A stretch of DNA of 62,959 bases, filler included, from Intoshia linei (taxonomy: Eukaryota > Animalia > Orthonectida): assembly GCA_001642005.1 (NCBI GenBank). It is 11 parts of 11 records of this genome, joined end to end, with 100 filler letters (N's around TTAATTAATTAA, not from the genome) between each part and the next. Parts side by side here need not be neighbours in the genome. Positions count along the whole stretch, not along the records: positions 1 to 1,265 come from LWCA01002703.1; positions 1,366 to 6,726 come from LWCA01001790.1; positions 6,827 to 13,649 come from LWCA01001645.1; 8 more parts are not named here. One strand, written 5' to 3'. Positions 1-12,831 of this stretch are shown in pieces (position 1 is the first letter of the stretch; each line of letters opens with the position of its first letter). A program made the translations under genes and the position numbers. The notes under the pieces were generated by a model. It searched no databases. It was not told the origin of the DNA and saw nothing but the letters and a program-made list of their open reading frames with translations.

Positions 1-196
1 TGTTTAAATTAATAGAGAATACATTGAACAGAGTCTGTTTTACTGTTTTTTCGGATTTCATTGAAAATGTCAAATATATAAAAAATCGCGTTATATTTTA
101 AGTTAAAATTATTATTTATCAACTAATAAACGAACGAAGGTAAAATATTAAATATAAAACCAAATAATATTTAAATTTTAAAGTATATACTTGTAG

Positions 197-476
197 AATA
201 TGCATGGTGTAGTATTCTTAAACGTTGAACAAAAGAAAAACTGGCCTTACCAATGGAATGGTAACATTTTAAAAATCAAAATGAATGGTAAATCACCTAA
301 AACGTTTCTGATTAAGTTAAACCTTGAGGCTAGAGTCGTTCTAGGTCAAAATTACAGAATACACGCGGTAATAGTTTAATTATATTTCAATTTTATTAAT
401 AATTTAGGGCACATCAACATTGACTGCAATGAAACCTCCACCAGCCAAAAAAATGAAATGTGATCAGAACCAGTAA
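197..476 (+). CDS. Last two exons of an unidentified gene (197-367, 408-476)
   Basis: Open 57-codon exon after TTGTAG, a 40-nt GT-AG intron, then GTSTLTAMKPPPAKKMKCDQNQ*. No family recognised. Confidence 0.45.
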
Positions 477-1265
477 TGTGTATTTTTCAACCAATTTCTC
501 TTAAAGCTATCAAGAAAAATGATAGTATTAGTATAAATGTATTAAAATAAAATAAATAGATTAATTTACAATTTAACTTTTTAATTTTCTTTTTTTTGTT
601 TATTTTCGCGTTTAGATAATATTGATCTTAACTTTAGATTTTAAAGTATGCATACGTTTTTCCTGTTTAAGTATTTACGTATCGTTAATATTAATATTAA
701 TTATAATTTTAATGGTATGACTATTTTGTTTCAATTAAAACAAATTTCATTACAACTTATATTATTCATAAATATAGATTGAATGATAATTAAAATTGCA
801 TTATAATATAATTTTTTATCATTAATTAGAATTAATGGCAATATAATATAATAATTTCAAATTCTTAAATTAATGTAACGTTTTAGCTTCAAAAATTTAC
901 TAATTTTTGTATATTATCTTTTACGTGTATAATATGATTATATTCGCCAATATTTGAGATGTAATTTTTCCAAAGACAGGGTAATTTCCTACTTTTATTT
1001 CAATTTATAACATTTGTAAAATGCAACTTTTTGTCGTTTTTACTTTGTTCAACTTTTTTATTCCTATTATACTTAAATAGCAATACATTTTGTATCGTTT
1101 TGAATTATTATTTATAACTTTTTCATTTTTCTTTAAAACCTAATTTTTCTGAGTATTTTTAGGATTTACACAATATTACTCACTTTTACGCAGTATCGTC
1201 AACTTAATATGAATTTTCGGACCGTTAATTATTTCACATTTTTTGTTTTAATAAAATATTTCAGA

Positions 1266-1365
1266 NNNNNNNNNNNNNNNNNNNNNNNNNNNNNNNNNNN
1301 NNNNNNNNNTTAATTAATTAANNNNNNNNNNNNNNNNNNNNNNNNNNNNNNNNNNNNNNNNNNNN
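1266..1365. other. Assembly gap spacer N44-TTAATTAATTAA-N44 (same spacer at 6727, 13650, 15073, 45939, 51418, 52795, 55267, 57454, 60397)
   Basis: Identical 100-nt construct ten times; the core gives stops in all six frames. Confidence 0.97.
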
Positions 1366-2255
1366 TCAATTAGTAAATAAAACAATAATAATTATATACC
1401 TTCTTCTATAATTTTTTTTTCCTTTTTCTTGACTTCATCGTTATTCTTTGTCTTTTTCGCGCAATTGGAACAATGTTCAGTTGTATTGGTCATATTTATA
1501 TCAATTGATTGATTCATTTAATTAATTTCAATTTAAACTTATTGGCGTTACAGTATTTAAAAGTCTCAGAATGACATCTTAACGATGCTTATTTCTAAGT
1601 TTTATTTTATTATTGTTATTATATTATGAGTTTTATTGAGAATGTGTAAATAATTATTTTAAAATAACTATAATTGGAAGTTTTGGCATTACAGAATTTT
1701 TTTGATTTTGATTTTATCAATTATCTCAGCTTATTTTTCAATTAAAATTAATTTTTTACATGTATATGATAAGAAATCTATTTTTATTCTACACAAAACT
1801 AAATATGTCGATTTATATTTATACTTAATATTCTGTCAAAACAAATTTTTATCTAACATACATCAAAGCGTCTATAAATAGTGTTTAAATATAATTTTTT
1901 TGGCAGGTATTTTATAATTATTGTAAAATATAGGATTTATGCTCAACATTAAACCAAAAAAATAAATCTAATTTATCATTTTAATTTTTGCTATTTTGAT
2001 ATTTAGTGTAGAGAATGGGCCACTTTAAAATCACTTTTTTCACTATGTAACTATTAACTTTTAAAATAAAAATGTAACTGTAATTTTTATTGTTTAACTA
2101 ATTTCGTCTCTAAGACTACATTACAGTAACTTTTGTAACTTTATCAAATTTTAATCAACTAATTAATATGAATAATATTAATATCATCATGCTTGTAATT
2201 TCATGCCGATAAACATAACAAAAATTAACTTTATTAAATTTTGGCCGCCCTAGTT

Positions 2256-2445
2256 ATTACGAACTGGAACGCTATCATCAAGATTGTTAAAATTAAAGGA
2301 AACCCTTATGACCGTTCAACCTAATTCAACACAAAATGAAAGAAATTTCTCTACTGCTTCTAATTCCGTTACAAAACGTAGAAGCGTTTAAAAGACGAAT
2401 CTATCAATATTATGTGTTTTTAAACACTTTTTCAACAATCTAAAA
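2256..2445 (+). pseudogene. Degenerate hAT transposase C-terminal dimerisation fragment
   Basis: LKETLMTVQPNSTQNERNFSTASNSVTKRRS, then frameshifted LKDESINIMCF; resembles the hATC motif (PxTS..SER.FS...TK.RSRL). Confidence 0.6.
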
Positions 2446-3744
2446 TAAATAAATTTTTTTCTAATTAAATTTGTAAATTTCAATTTAGTAATCAAATAAA
2501 ATTTCTTTTGGTTTCTAAAATTAATTAAGGTCTCTAAAATTTTTAATGCTTCTATTTTATATGAATAAAAATTTCTTATTTTCCGGGAAATCACAATCAC
2601 TAATTCTGGGACGCTTTAAAATTTTAAAATCATCAACATTTTCGTAAATCTCAACCTCAGAAACGCACACCTTAACGATGAAAACCACAAATTATCATTA
2701 AAAATTTTTTTTGAATATAAACTAATTTGTGTTGAACTCAAAAGTCTTAAAAGGTGGATAGGGTTATATGACATTATAATTCGTTTACAAATTTTTTAAG
2801 TGGTTATTTTTCATTTTAGGAGTGGCCACGAGCTTGCTAGATTCGGTTCTGGGAACGACTATCGAACTAAGTTAATCGTTACATAGATTAAATATAACGC
2901 ACGTGAAAATTATTCACGTTATTCAGTAAATTTTCACTTCATTTTTATAAAATGATATTTACGTTCACTAATAATAATAATAAATGATCGATAATGAATT
3001 TTTATATTTATTCAATTTTGGTAAAATTCACAGAAAGTATATTTTTAAAGTGCTGAGTCATGTTAATTATTGATACATATACTCCCTCGCAGCATTTTGG
3101 AATTGGTAAAAACCAATTTCAGTGAAACTCTAAGTCTCTTAATATTTTATGTATTATCAGTGAAGCAATATCTATTATAGGTTAAAAAAAAAATAAAAAA
3201 ATGGGCCGAATTAATTCGTAGAAATTGACCTTTTTAATTTATATGTGGATATGAAAGTCTCAACAATTTTGCAAAACAATAAATACAATTATTTATTGAC
3301 ATATTGAATTTATTTTTTTGTAGAATATAAAAAGCTCGCCACCCAGAGCTGCTGTTTGTACGAAGTACATACCAGTGAAGCCAGTTTTTTTATAAATTTT
3401 ATCTCAATCTGTTTAAGACTTTTTCTTTTTTTATTATAATCTTATTAAATTTATGAGTTATTGGAAAAATTGAATAATAAATTAATTTGATATAATGAAG
3501 TATATAATGTACTGGCTTGTATGTATTATTGTTATATATTACTTTATGTCAACTGAGTTAAATTTGATGATAGCACACGTTTCCTTATATATTTTTTACA
3601 TATGAAAATATGTGTAAGTTTGAATGAATGAATTAATTGTATGCAACCGTTTTTTAAAAATATTGTTAATTATTAATAATTATATTTTATGTAATTATAA
3701 TTAAGGATAATGTAATACTTTGAACGTTGACAGCGCCAGTTGTA

Positions 3745-5386
3745 ATGCAACAATTAGAATTGTTGCATTGTAGGTGTGTAATAATTATTACATGTTACAT
3801 TATTTAGTTTGGACAGTTACACAGAATATCCAATAACCATGCAATACAGACAACTCCAACAAATTCAAAAAAAATCCATTTATGTGGGAAGGTATTTGAA
3901 TATTTGAATGTCAATATTAATTTTGTTTAGATCCAGTATACACAATCGAGGTGTTTTTTCTAATCGATTTATTAGAGTTGGAGAAATTATTGCTGAGTAT
4001 ACCGGTGAAATTATTAGAAGCAATTTAGTGCAATTGCGAGAAGATCGTTACAAAAAGAAAGTAATGGATTATAATTATTTGGGTGTGTCGTGAAATGTAT
4101 GTTATTTAAAATATTCAAAAATATTTGTAATTAACGTAACTATTGGTGATTATTAGTAGTTCTTAGACCACCATTCAATTTTTTTATATTTTTAGTATAA
4201 ATTTGTTTAGAATATCGATTGTTATTTTTTTCGATTGAATGATTTGTTTGTTATCGATGCTACAAATAAAGGCAATTCTAGTCGTTTTATTAACCACTCA
4301 TGCGATGTAATTTTAAAATATTTATTTTACTTTATTTTAACGATTTTTAATTGACGGGTTTCTATATATCAAAAAAAATATCTTGTACTACCCCTGAAAT
4401 TTAAAAATATTTGGTGTAACTTTGATTATTTAGATACATTTGATAGAAGGGTCTTGGTAAAAAATATTGAGAATGACCAAAATAATTATACAAAAAGTAT
4501 CTACAAAATGTATAATTCCTTTTCGATTAATACTGTTGTTTTAAAAATTCATTTCTTGTTCAATGTCTAAAAATGTCATGTAGTTAGTATTCCGAAACTA
4601 AACAATGAATTTTTTCCCACATCTGTTAAAAAATATAAAAAAACTTAGTTTGCCACTTCAAAGTGGTTACCCTAGCACCATAAGAAAATTTACTTGATGT
4701 TCCCTTGATTAATATTTAGATAATACTTTCTAATTTTTAGCCCAACTGTTGTATCCGGCTCATTAGCGTGGAATCATCCACTAGAATATTGCTTTTTTCA
4801 TCAAAAGAGTAATTTTAAAAATATTCATTTAATTTAGACTGTAATAACATAGTTATTTACATGTCTAGTGCATAATTTTCACTTTACAATACGAGTTTTG
4901 TTACAATGCATGAACCCAAAGGGTAAATATTTTCTTATTAATTGATTTAACAGAAAATGTAAAAAATACTTTTAGTTTTATAATCTTAGTAACAAAATTT
5001 AAAATATAAAAATTTTCATTAAAATATAAATCTTGCTAAATTCTCATAAATTTTAACTGAATCCTAATTTTGATGGTTTATTTTTATTTTTACTGGCAAT
5101 ATTGGATTTTATTTGGTTACAGTAAGGATTACTCCATCTGTTAAATTTTACTTATTCATTCATTTAAAATTGATCAGAAAGAACGAACCAAATATGAATC
5201 AGACTACGATCTTCAGCTGAAGCTTCCCATCCTTTAATAGATTGTTTTTATTTATATATATTTGTGTTTAGAATTAGTAAAGACCAAGAATTAACTTTTA
5301 ATTACAATTTTAATATTGAAAAGAACAAAAACGAAAAAATACCATGCTTCTGCAAAAGCATTAATTGCAAAAAATTTATGAATTGA
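3745..5386 (+). CDS. Trithorax/MLL(KMT2)-type SET + post-SET histone methyltransferase, ~173 aa; exons 3745-3773, 3808-3891, 3931-4060, 4211-4306, 4741-4808, 5272-5386
   Basis: Phase-consistent splicing gives ...YPITMQYRQLQ..SIYVGRSSIHNRGVF..EYTGEIIR..CYFFR..IDATNKGNSSRFINHSCDPNC..QELTFNY..IPCFCKSINCKKFMN*, collinear with the MLL/Trx C-terminus. The first exon/ATG is less certain. Confidence 0.85.
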
Positions 5387-6202
5387 TCACCTGTATTTTA
5401 ATAAATTTTATTAAGTTATTTATAAATGTATTTCATGCTAGCAAACGTTTAACCATGTAACATTTTTTAGTTTTATTTTGATTTTTTTAAAAAAAGTTTT
5501 TATTTTATTTATTTTTAAAATTATAATTTAAATTTTAAATTTATATAAAAACATTTCAAAAATTGTTTATAATCACCTTTTATTCTATAGAATTCAGTTT
5601 AGAGCCATAAATAAAACAACCCTTTAGGAAAAATTTCACTTTTACTGTATTATTAAAACTTGACAAATTACTATTTTTGATCTTTTATTAAATAGTTGAT
5701 ACAATTTTATCAATCTTGCATAATTATACATTAACAGTAACCCATACAATACATAAAACATACACTTTTTCAATTTAATTTTAAAGGGATAAAGTAATAA
5801 CATTTTATCTAATGCAAAAAACTTGTCTTAAAATTACAATTTTGAAACTAAATGGAATTTCATGTTTCCACAAAGCAATCTAATTCAATACCCAAAATGA
5901 AAAGAGAGCTTGTGTTAGAATCGCATGTAATATTTGCATTTTAATCATAAATGCAGAACCGTGAAGAGGGCCTACTATTCATTACATACATTATATTGTA
6001 TTATATACATTAATTGATGATATTAGAAAAAATGTTGGTGTGGCATTTTTACCGTGTATTGAGAAACCTAATATAGCTACTAAATGTATTTTTAATTTAT
6101 CTATAATCTAGTTTCCAATCATGCGTGAATCGTAATCTATAGTGATGTGAATACAATCAAAAATGGTCGGAATATTTTAGTAAAAAACAAAAGAATATAA
6201 CA

Positions 6203-6587
6203 ATGTGGAAAATTTATTTTATCTTGATTTTATTTATTAAAGGTAATATTTATTAGTTCAATTCCTAATCTAAATCACTTATTTGTTAATTTGAATAAAA
6301 GTCTTGAGATTTTGTGATAATTTATAACAAAAGGCTTAATAGAATTGTTCTGCAATAAATAATGTTTAAGACTACGGCAAGTTAAAATTACCCACCCTGA
6401 CCTAAAAGTTTAGGTTCTAAACAATTAAGTTATACAGTGTACTACTATATTTATTTATTTTCTTTAAATAGACAATAGTGCACAGGATAGAGCTGAAATT
6501 TCAAGAACAATATTACCAGAGATAAAAAATATTGGAGCTACAGCTAGACTTAATTGTACTGTTGCTAGATTATCTTCCATTAGTACG
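6203..6587 (+). CDS. 5' exons of a Lachesin/Amalgam-like secreted Ig cell-adhesion protein (6203-6242, 6472-6587); remainder not found
   Basis: MWKIYFILILFIK-DNSAQ signal peptide, phase-1 intron, then AEISRTILPEIKNIGATARLNCTV, similar to the first strands of the Lachesin Ig1 domain. Confidence 0.65.
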
Positions 6588-6998
6588 GTAAAATTTCAAT
6601 CATTGCAATTTGCAATGCATCATATTTTACAGTGCTCCCAATTTATGGGTCCTACAATCAATATTACCACCTTTAGGGTGTCACACGTATTTAAGAATCT
6701 AAGACGAACGGGACGCATCCTGTTAANNNNNNNNNNNNNNNNNNNNNNNNNNNNNNNNNNNNNNNNNNNNTTAATTAATTAANNNNNNNNNNNNNNNNNN
6801 NNNNNNNNNNNNNNNNNNNNNNNNNNAGAGTGATGTGCACATACGGTCTGCCGATAAATCTATTATTCATGTATATGGATCAATAAATTTAAATTATAAA
6901 TCTGAAAGTGTCAAATTTTATATCACTGATACACCTAATCTTGTGGGTTGTCGATTTGCGTTTAAACATGTACACTGTACATGTTTAAGTACATTGTA

Positions 6999-8659
6999 CA
7001 GTAATGTTTCGATTATATTAACAAAAATATTACAAAAAGTGTAAAAATAATCGAAACATTATTTATAATCGAGACAAGTTTGTCTTAGTAACAAATCCAT
7101 GAATATATTTATTTTATGTATAAAAAATATTGATTTATTATGTTAAATATTTATTATTTTTTCGTTAATTGTCTATTAATAATATTTTCTTTTATTTTTC
7201 TTACTTCATTAATATCTGAACAATCAAAGTTTTCTTGGTTGAGGTATGATATAGTTTTGTTTAAACATTCTAAAATTTCTGTAACTGATTCTTTTGATTG
7301 AGTTGGTTCATCTTCACATTCTAATATTATTTAATTATTTTCCACGTCATTACAAAACGAAGATACCCCATCCGTATACCATTTTTTTACTTCATCTTTA
7401 TCATACAAACTTCCATCGTGTATATTTAATAATTGTATAATGTTATCCTCTGTATTTTCTTGGTCGGCAATTTTAAAAACAGTTTGTTTTATATTTATAA
7501 TTTTTTTCCATGAAGAAATCAATAACTCAGAAGAAATTTCGCACCATGTTTGATGTGTTAAACATATGGCATCCTTCAAGTTTGTATATTTATTTGTGGA
7601 TAATTCATAGATATATTTTTTTTATATTACATATCACGTTCTGATCCATTGGTTGGATAATACTTGTAGTATTAGGAAGTAAGAACATAGTTTTAATTTC
7701 GCCATCTTGTAATTGAGGATGACATGTGGCATTATCCAATATTAGGATTGCTTTTCTTTTAATCTTTTTATCTATACAGTATTTTTTAACCTCTTTTACA
7801 AAAATATTATAAAACCATTCTATAAATAAATCTTTCGTCATCCAGCTTGAAGAATTTGAACAATAATAAACAGGTACATTTGTTCCTTTAAAGCATCTTG
7901 GTTTTTTAGAACGACCAATTACACATAGTTTCATTTTACAATCACCACTGGCATTTGCGCATGGCATAAACATGAAACGCTCTTTAGAATTTTGATACCC
8001 AGGTGCTATTTTTCCATTTGCCGATACCATCGTTCGATTTGGTAATGTCTTCCAACAGTTTCCGCTTTCATCAGCATTAAATAATTGGCAAAGGAGAAGT
8101 CCATTATCAAATTCTACTTTTAATTTTTCTTTAAATTCATTTATTAATGAAGTATCGGCTGAGAGTTTTTCTCCCGTTATTTTCAGTAATCTCAAATTAA
8201 ATCTCTTTTTGAAGTTATTTAACCAGCCATTACTAGCTTTAAAATTTCTTATATTTAAATTGTTTGCAATACGTAATGCATTCGCCTTTAAATCAGTGGA
8301 AGTAATAGTTTTGCTTGTTAATCTCTTATCTTCAAACCATTGTATCAATTTTTGCTCCATTTTTTAGTGATTTTCTTATATTAATATTCACAGATAATTG
8401 ATTCATGTTATCTCTATTTTTATAAATATTGTATACTGATTGTCGATTAGTTCCATATTTGAATGTAATATCTATTGCTGACGTTCCTTCATTTATCTCT
8501 TTGATAATCTTTAATTACGTGGCATGATATTTTACAATAAAATAAGTTTATTTATAATCAAAACATTCATTTGTTTACATAATCAAAATTATCTATAATC
8601 AAATTAGTTATGATCAAGTTCATTTGTAATCAAAATTATTTATAATCGAGACATTACTG
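6999..8659 (-). mobile_element. Tigger/pogo DNA transposon with both TIRs and TA TSD; transposase broken (7605-8360, 7331-7579)
   Basis: TIRs CAGTAATGT(T/C)TCGATTATA at 6999 and 8641-8659, flanked by TA; CENP-B HTH (FKASNGWLNNFKKRF) and DDE_1 motifs (NADESG, LDNATCH, QPMDQ). Confidence 0.93.
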
Positions 8660-11175
8660 TATTACACTTTAAATCTAATGCCACTGAAATGTCTGCAATT
8701 AATGTACATGACGATCGTCTTTTTCCTTTAATAAAAGAATTTTCATGTATATTTTCTAATACACCAGGTTTGTGTAACGTCAGCAAGCATCAAATTACTA
8801 TAGAACCAAAGACGTCTGTTCGGTCTCCACATTATTTAATACCGTTTGACCAAAGAAAAGAAAATGAGAGTGCCATTAACAAATTAATTCAAGACAATGT
8901 TATTGAACCCAGTACGAGCAGTTTTCGATCGAGTACCTTTTTTGTTATAAAGAAAGATGGTTCTAATCGTTTGGTTCAAGATTTTTGTAAGTTAAATGCT
9001 GTTACAATTAAAGATACATATCCACCACTTTCTCTTAAATGATGTTTAGATTTCCTTGCTAATAAAACGGTATTTACAACATTAGATCTTACAAGTGGAT
9101 TTTATCAGATTCGTCTTCATATCAATGATCGTAATAAAACAGCAGGAGACTTATTTCTTTGAGTATTAATAAAAGCATTGTATTTTAAATTGAATAATTA
9201 CCAAAAATTTGATTCTTTAAACTATTTTCTTTCTAGCTATTTGAATTCCCACACTTCAAAACTTATAAACATGAACTAATTCTTAAGATATAAATGTGAA
9301 GTATTTTTTAATAAATTGGGGCCCCTGTTTAAGATATAACTGTAAAGTACTTTTATTAATTTGGGGGCATTTTTTAATGAGGGGTGCTGGACTACAGCCC
9401 ATATTTCCCATGCCTTAAGACGGCTTTGGGTATAGGTGCTGTTCTATTACAAGATAACCATCCAATTGAATACTTAAGTAGAAAATTTAGTGATACAGAC
9501 ATGCGATATACTACCATAGAGAAGGAATTATTGGCCATTGTTCATTCTGTTTTGAAATTCAAATATTACTTGTCAGGATCACATTTTACAGTGATTACTG
9601 ACCATAATCCATTGGTTAAATTGAAAATGTCAAAAAATCTAACTAATAAACAATATCGCTGGTTCGACAAATTATCCGACTTTGATTATGATCTGGTTTA
9701 TCGCCCTGGAAAATTAAATTTTACAGTTGATGTACTTTATCGGCAATTTGATATTAATTCTCTTGAATTTACGGATATTAAGAGGTTAGTTAGCCAAAAA
9801 AATGATGCTGATATTGTTGATATTTTGAACACGGGTATATCTAATATTAAATTATATAACAAATATATCAAATTAAAATCGAAAATGATACATTATATAT
9901 TATACACAAAAGAAATCGACTTATACTCGTTTCTAGTGATTGTGTCTCTGTTATTTTGGAACATTTTCACAAGTCACCTTGTTATGTGCATTAGGGTGTG
10001 ACATTTTTTTAAATTTTTAGAATTTAATGGGCGGTTAGTAATCAATGTGTGTATTTTTAAAATAGAAACACTATGTCGCAATTAAAAATATCTAATGATA
10101 CTTATCCGAGTTGCGCTCATCATTTTAAATATCCTTTTGAAAATCGTATAGAAAAATTTAAATTTAACTTTATTTTGAAAATTTTATACAACACTGAAAA
10201 CAACATTTTGTTAACATGGTCATGGTTTATATTTTATGTTTTCAACACCCATAATACATGCTTAACTATACATTTCAATTTTTAAAATTTGATTCTATCT
10301 CGATTTTTGTGGTTTTTATCGACGTTCAAGTATGCAATAATGTTTATAGACGTTTTCAATCTATAATACCATTTTTGCAGCAATAGTAGCATATTTGCAA
10401 TCAATTGCGACAGACCACGACAATGATTGTTAACCTGAATTAATACTTTATTTAATATAAAAAACAAAATATTTAACTTATTTACTTCTTTTTTTTTACT
10501 AATTCTTGATTTATTACTTTTTTGTTCTGGTGGATCACTTTTCGGGCTGGATAGAGGCGCGAGCTGTAAACAATATTTTAACGCAAACAGTAGCCGAAAC
10601 AATATTTAATTGCATTATATCCTGCTATGGTTCGCCTGCTCAGATTCATACTGATTGTGATTGTCAATTTGAAAGCGAGTTAATGGATCAATTGTGTCAA
10701 ACATATTCTATAAATTTAAGTCATTCAAAACCATATATGCACAATAAAAATGGCTTAGTGGAACGTTACAACAGGTCAATTAGAGAAAAATTGCGAATTT
10801 TTGATAACCAATATTCTTTAGATTGGGATGAATTTGTCCCATATGTATTGATGAGTCTACGTACCTTACCAACTTCTAGAAATGATATTTCTACTTTTGA
10901 AATTATTTATGGCATATCAGATTTAAATCATCCCAGTGATTGATCATAATTATTTTCTCATATAAAAAATCATAAATTGAAACACAATCGTCGTGTCAAA
11001 CGTAACTACGATTCCAAGGTTTAAAAGTCAGCTTCACTTCATGCTAAAAATTATGTTCATAATGAACCAATTTTAAACAAACAATAAAAATTATATAAAC
11101 CTATATCTCTTACCAAACGTTTCCGATCTATTCAACCTCCATCTTATTTGAACGATTATATTCTTGAGGGGAAGA

Positions 11176-11305
11176 TGTAGTGATATATAATATCACTATG
11201 AAGATTGAAGATGATATTTATTGTTATTTATCTATATTATCAACCTAAGTTGAATTTGCTTGTTCTATTAAAAACTCTTATTTAAATCTTACTAATTATA
11301 CTACA
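11176..11305 (+). repeat. 3' LTR, 130 bp
   Basis: Directly after the PPT; TGTAGT...ACTACA inverted termini; internal ATTAAA. Confidence 0.7.
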
Positions 11306-11404
11306 GTTACTTTTTTGTTGATACCATGTTATGTTAAATTTGTAACAATTATAAATAGAAAATAATGTTTCTGTTAATATGAATTTAATTTTATAAATTC
11401 GTTG

Positions 11405-12369
11405 CTGTAGTGTTAAAATGTGAAGATTATAAAAAATGTTTGGAAAATAAAAAAAATTCCGAAGGAATGAATTATATAGATTTTCACCCATATGTCTTCA
11501 TTGAAAATGTGTAGAGGTTCAATAAACGTTTTTTTTGAAATTGTAGGATCAATATTTACATTTTCAATTTTTGATTTTAATCGATTTATGATTGATAATA
11601 TATTAAAAATCAACTGGAATAAGCTCTATCAGAATAATCCTTTTTTTAAATATTCGGACCGTTAATTATTTCATATTTTTTATTTTAATAAAATATTTCG
11701 GAAAAANTCATTGGAAATGTGTAGACGTACAATAAATATTTTTTTTGAAATTGTAGGATCAATATTTACATTTTCAATTTTTGATTTTAATCGAAATATT
11801 GATTGATAATATATTAAAAATCAACTGGAATAAGCTCTATCAGAATAATCCTTTTTTTAAATATTCGGACCGTTAATTATTTCATATTTTTTATTTTAAT
11901 AAAATATTTCGGAAAAAAAATATATAAATACTAAAATGCTTTTTTGACCGTGAAGTCGTCACTTATTCGGATTGAGATTTTTTATGTGTATTAACATGAT
12001 ACAACTCTATCACCTGTAAATTTTTTGAAATTCTAAGGCTGTTTTCAAAAAAAAAGAAGGGAATTTGTGGTTTTGGTCATGAAGATATAATTTTTTTAAA
12101 TTTATGATAATGTTTATGATTTTAAAATCCGCATCAGCGTATATATTTTTTTAAAATTTCCAACTCGTTTAATTTTTAAAAAGAGGGAAAACAGGGATTT
12201 TTGATCCTTAAGATGTTAAATTGGGAGGTTGAAATATATCTTAATATACGTCCCGAAAAAAACTGTCATTGAAATGTGGTCTTTAAAAAATTTTAAGATG
12301 GGTAGTTATTTAAATAAAACTGAACACACACACAAACAAAAATCGCGTCGCATTTTATATAAGTTAGGA
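11405..12369 (-). mobile_element. Non-autonomous Helitron copy (5' part)
   Basis: Minus-strand A|TCCTAACTTATAT start at 12369; body matches the 61364-62406 copy. Confidence 0.75.
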
Positions 12370-12831
12370 TGTTAATTGAAGCAAGATTTAAATTTAATTA
12401 TGTAAAAAGAGAAAAGTTAAGATAAATCATATCAATGGGACCATTTTAGAGAGAATTATCTGTGATTTAAAAGATTATTTATATTTCTCAATTTTCTACT
12501 TTACGAAATATATTATTTAGTGACAATTAAGTCGATGAATGATAACAAGCAAAATTCAATAAACGCAATTTTTTTTTAATTTTTTAATTGACGCAATGTT
12601 AATACACAAATTAAAATATATTAGGACACATTTGTCACACCAGGGGTGCCCTGAACCCCACCTAGTCCGCTAATGGTTTCATTTTTAGATAAATATTATC
12701 ATAAAACTACTTTTCAATGAAGAAAAACGTTGTAATTGGTTCACTACTGTAGCAACAAGATATATTTTTAAATATAAGACATTAAAGGCTTAATAAATAG
12801 TGAATAAGATCACCAATTGTATAATGTTATA

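Larger units (their letters stand above)
6827..11305 (+). mobile_element. Degenerate Ty3/Gypsy LTR retrotransposon (protease end, RT 8689-9145, RNase H 9428-9750, integrase 10506-10943, PPT, 3' LTR) with three nested insertions
   Basis: IEPSTS..KKDGSNRLVQDF.KLN, LDLTSGFYQI, GIGAVLLQ..EKELLAIV..TDHNPL, rve (DHFSGW, IHTD, NGLVERYNR); RT-RH-IN order; PPT GAGGGGAAGA at 11166-11175. Confidence 0.9.

Noticed and set aside
1310-1321. Recurrent palindrome TTAATTAATTAA
   Set aside because: Always centred in 88 Ns; an artificial scaffold spacer. ORFs 45987, 51466 and 55311 ending in it are artefactually extended.
11497-11917. ~210-bp tandem duplication
   Set aside because: Copies are joined at a single N (11708); most likely an unmerged contig overlap.
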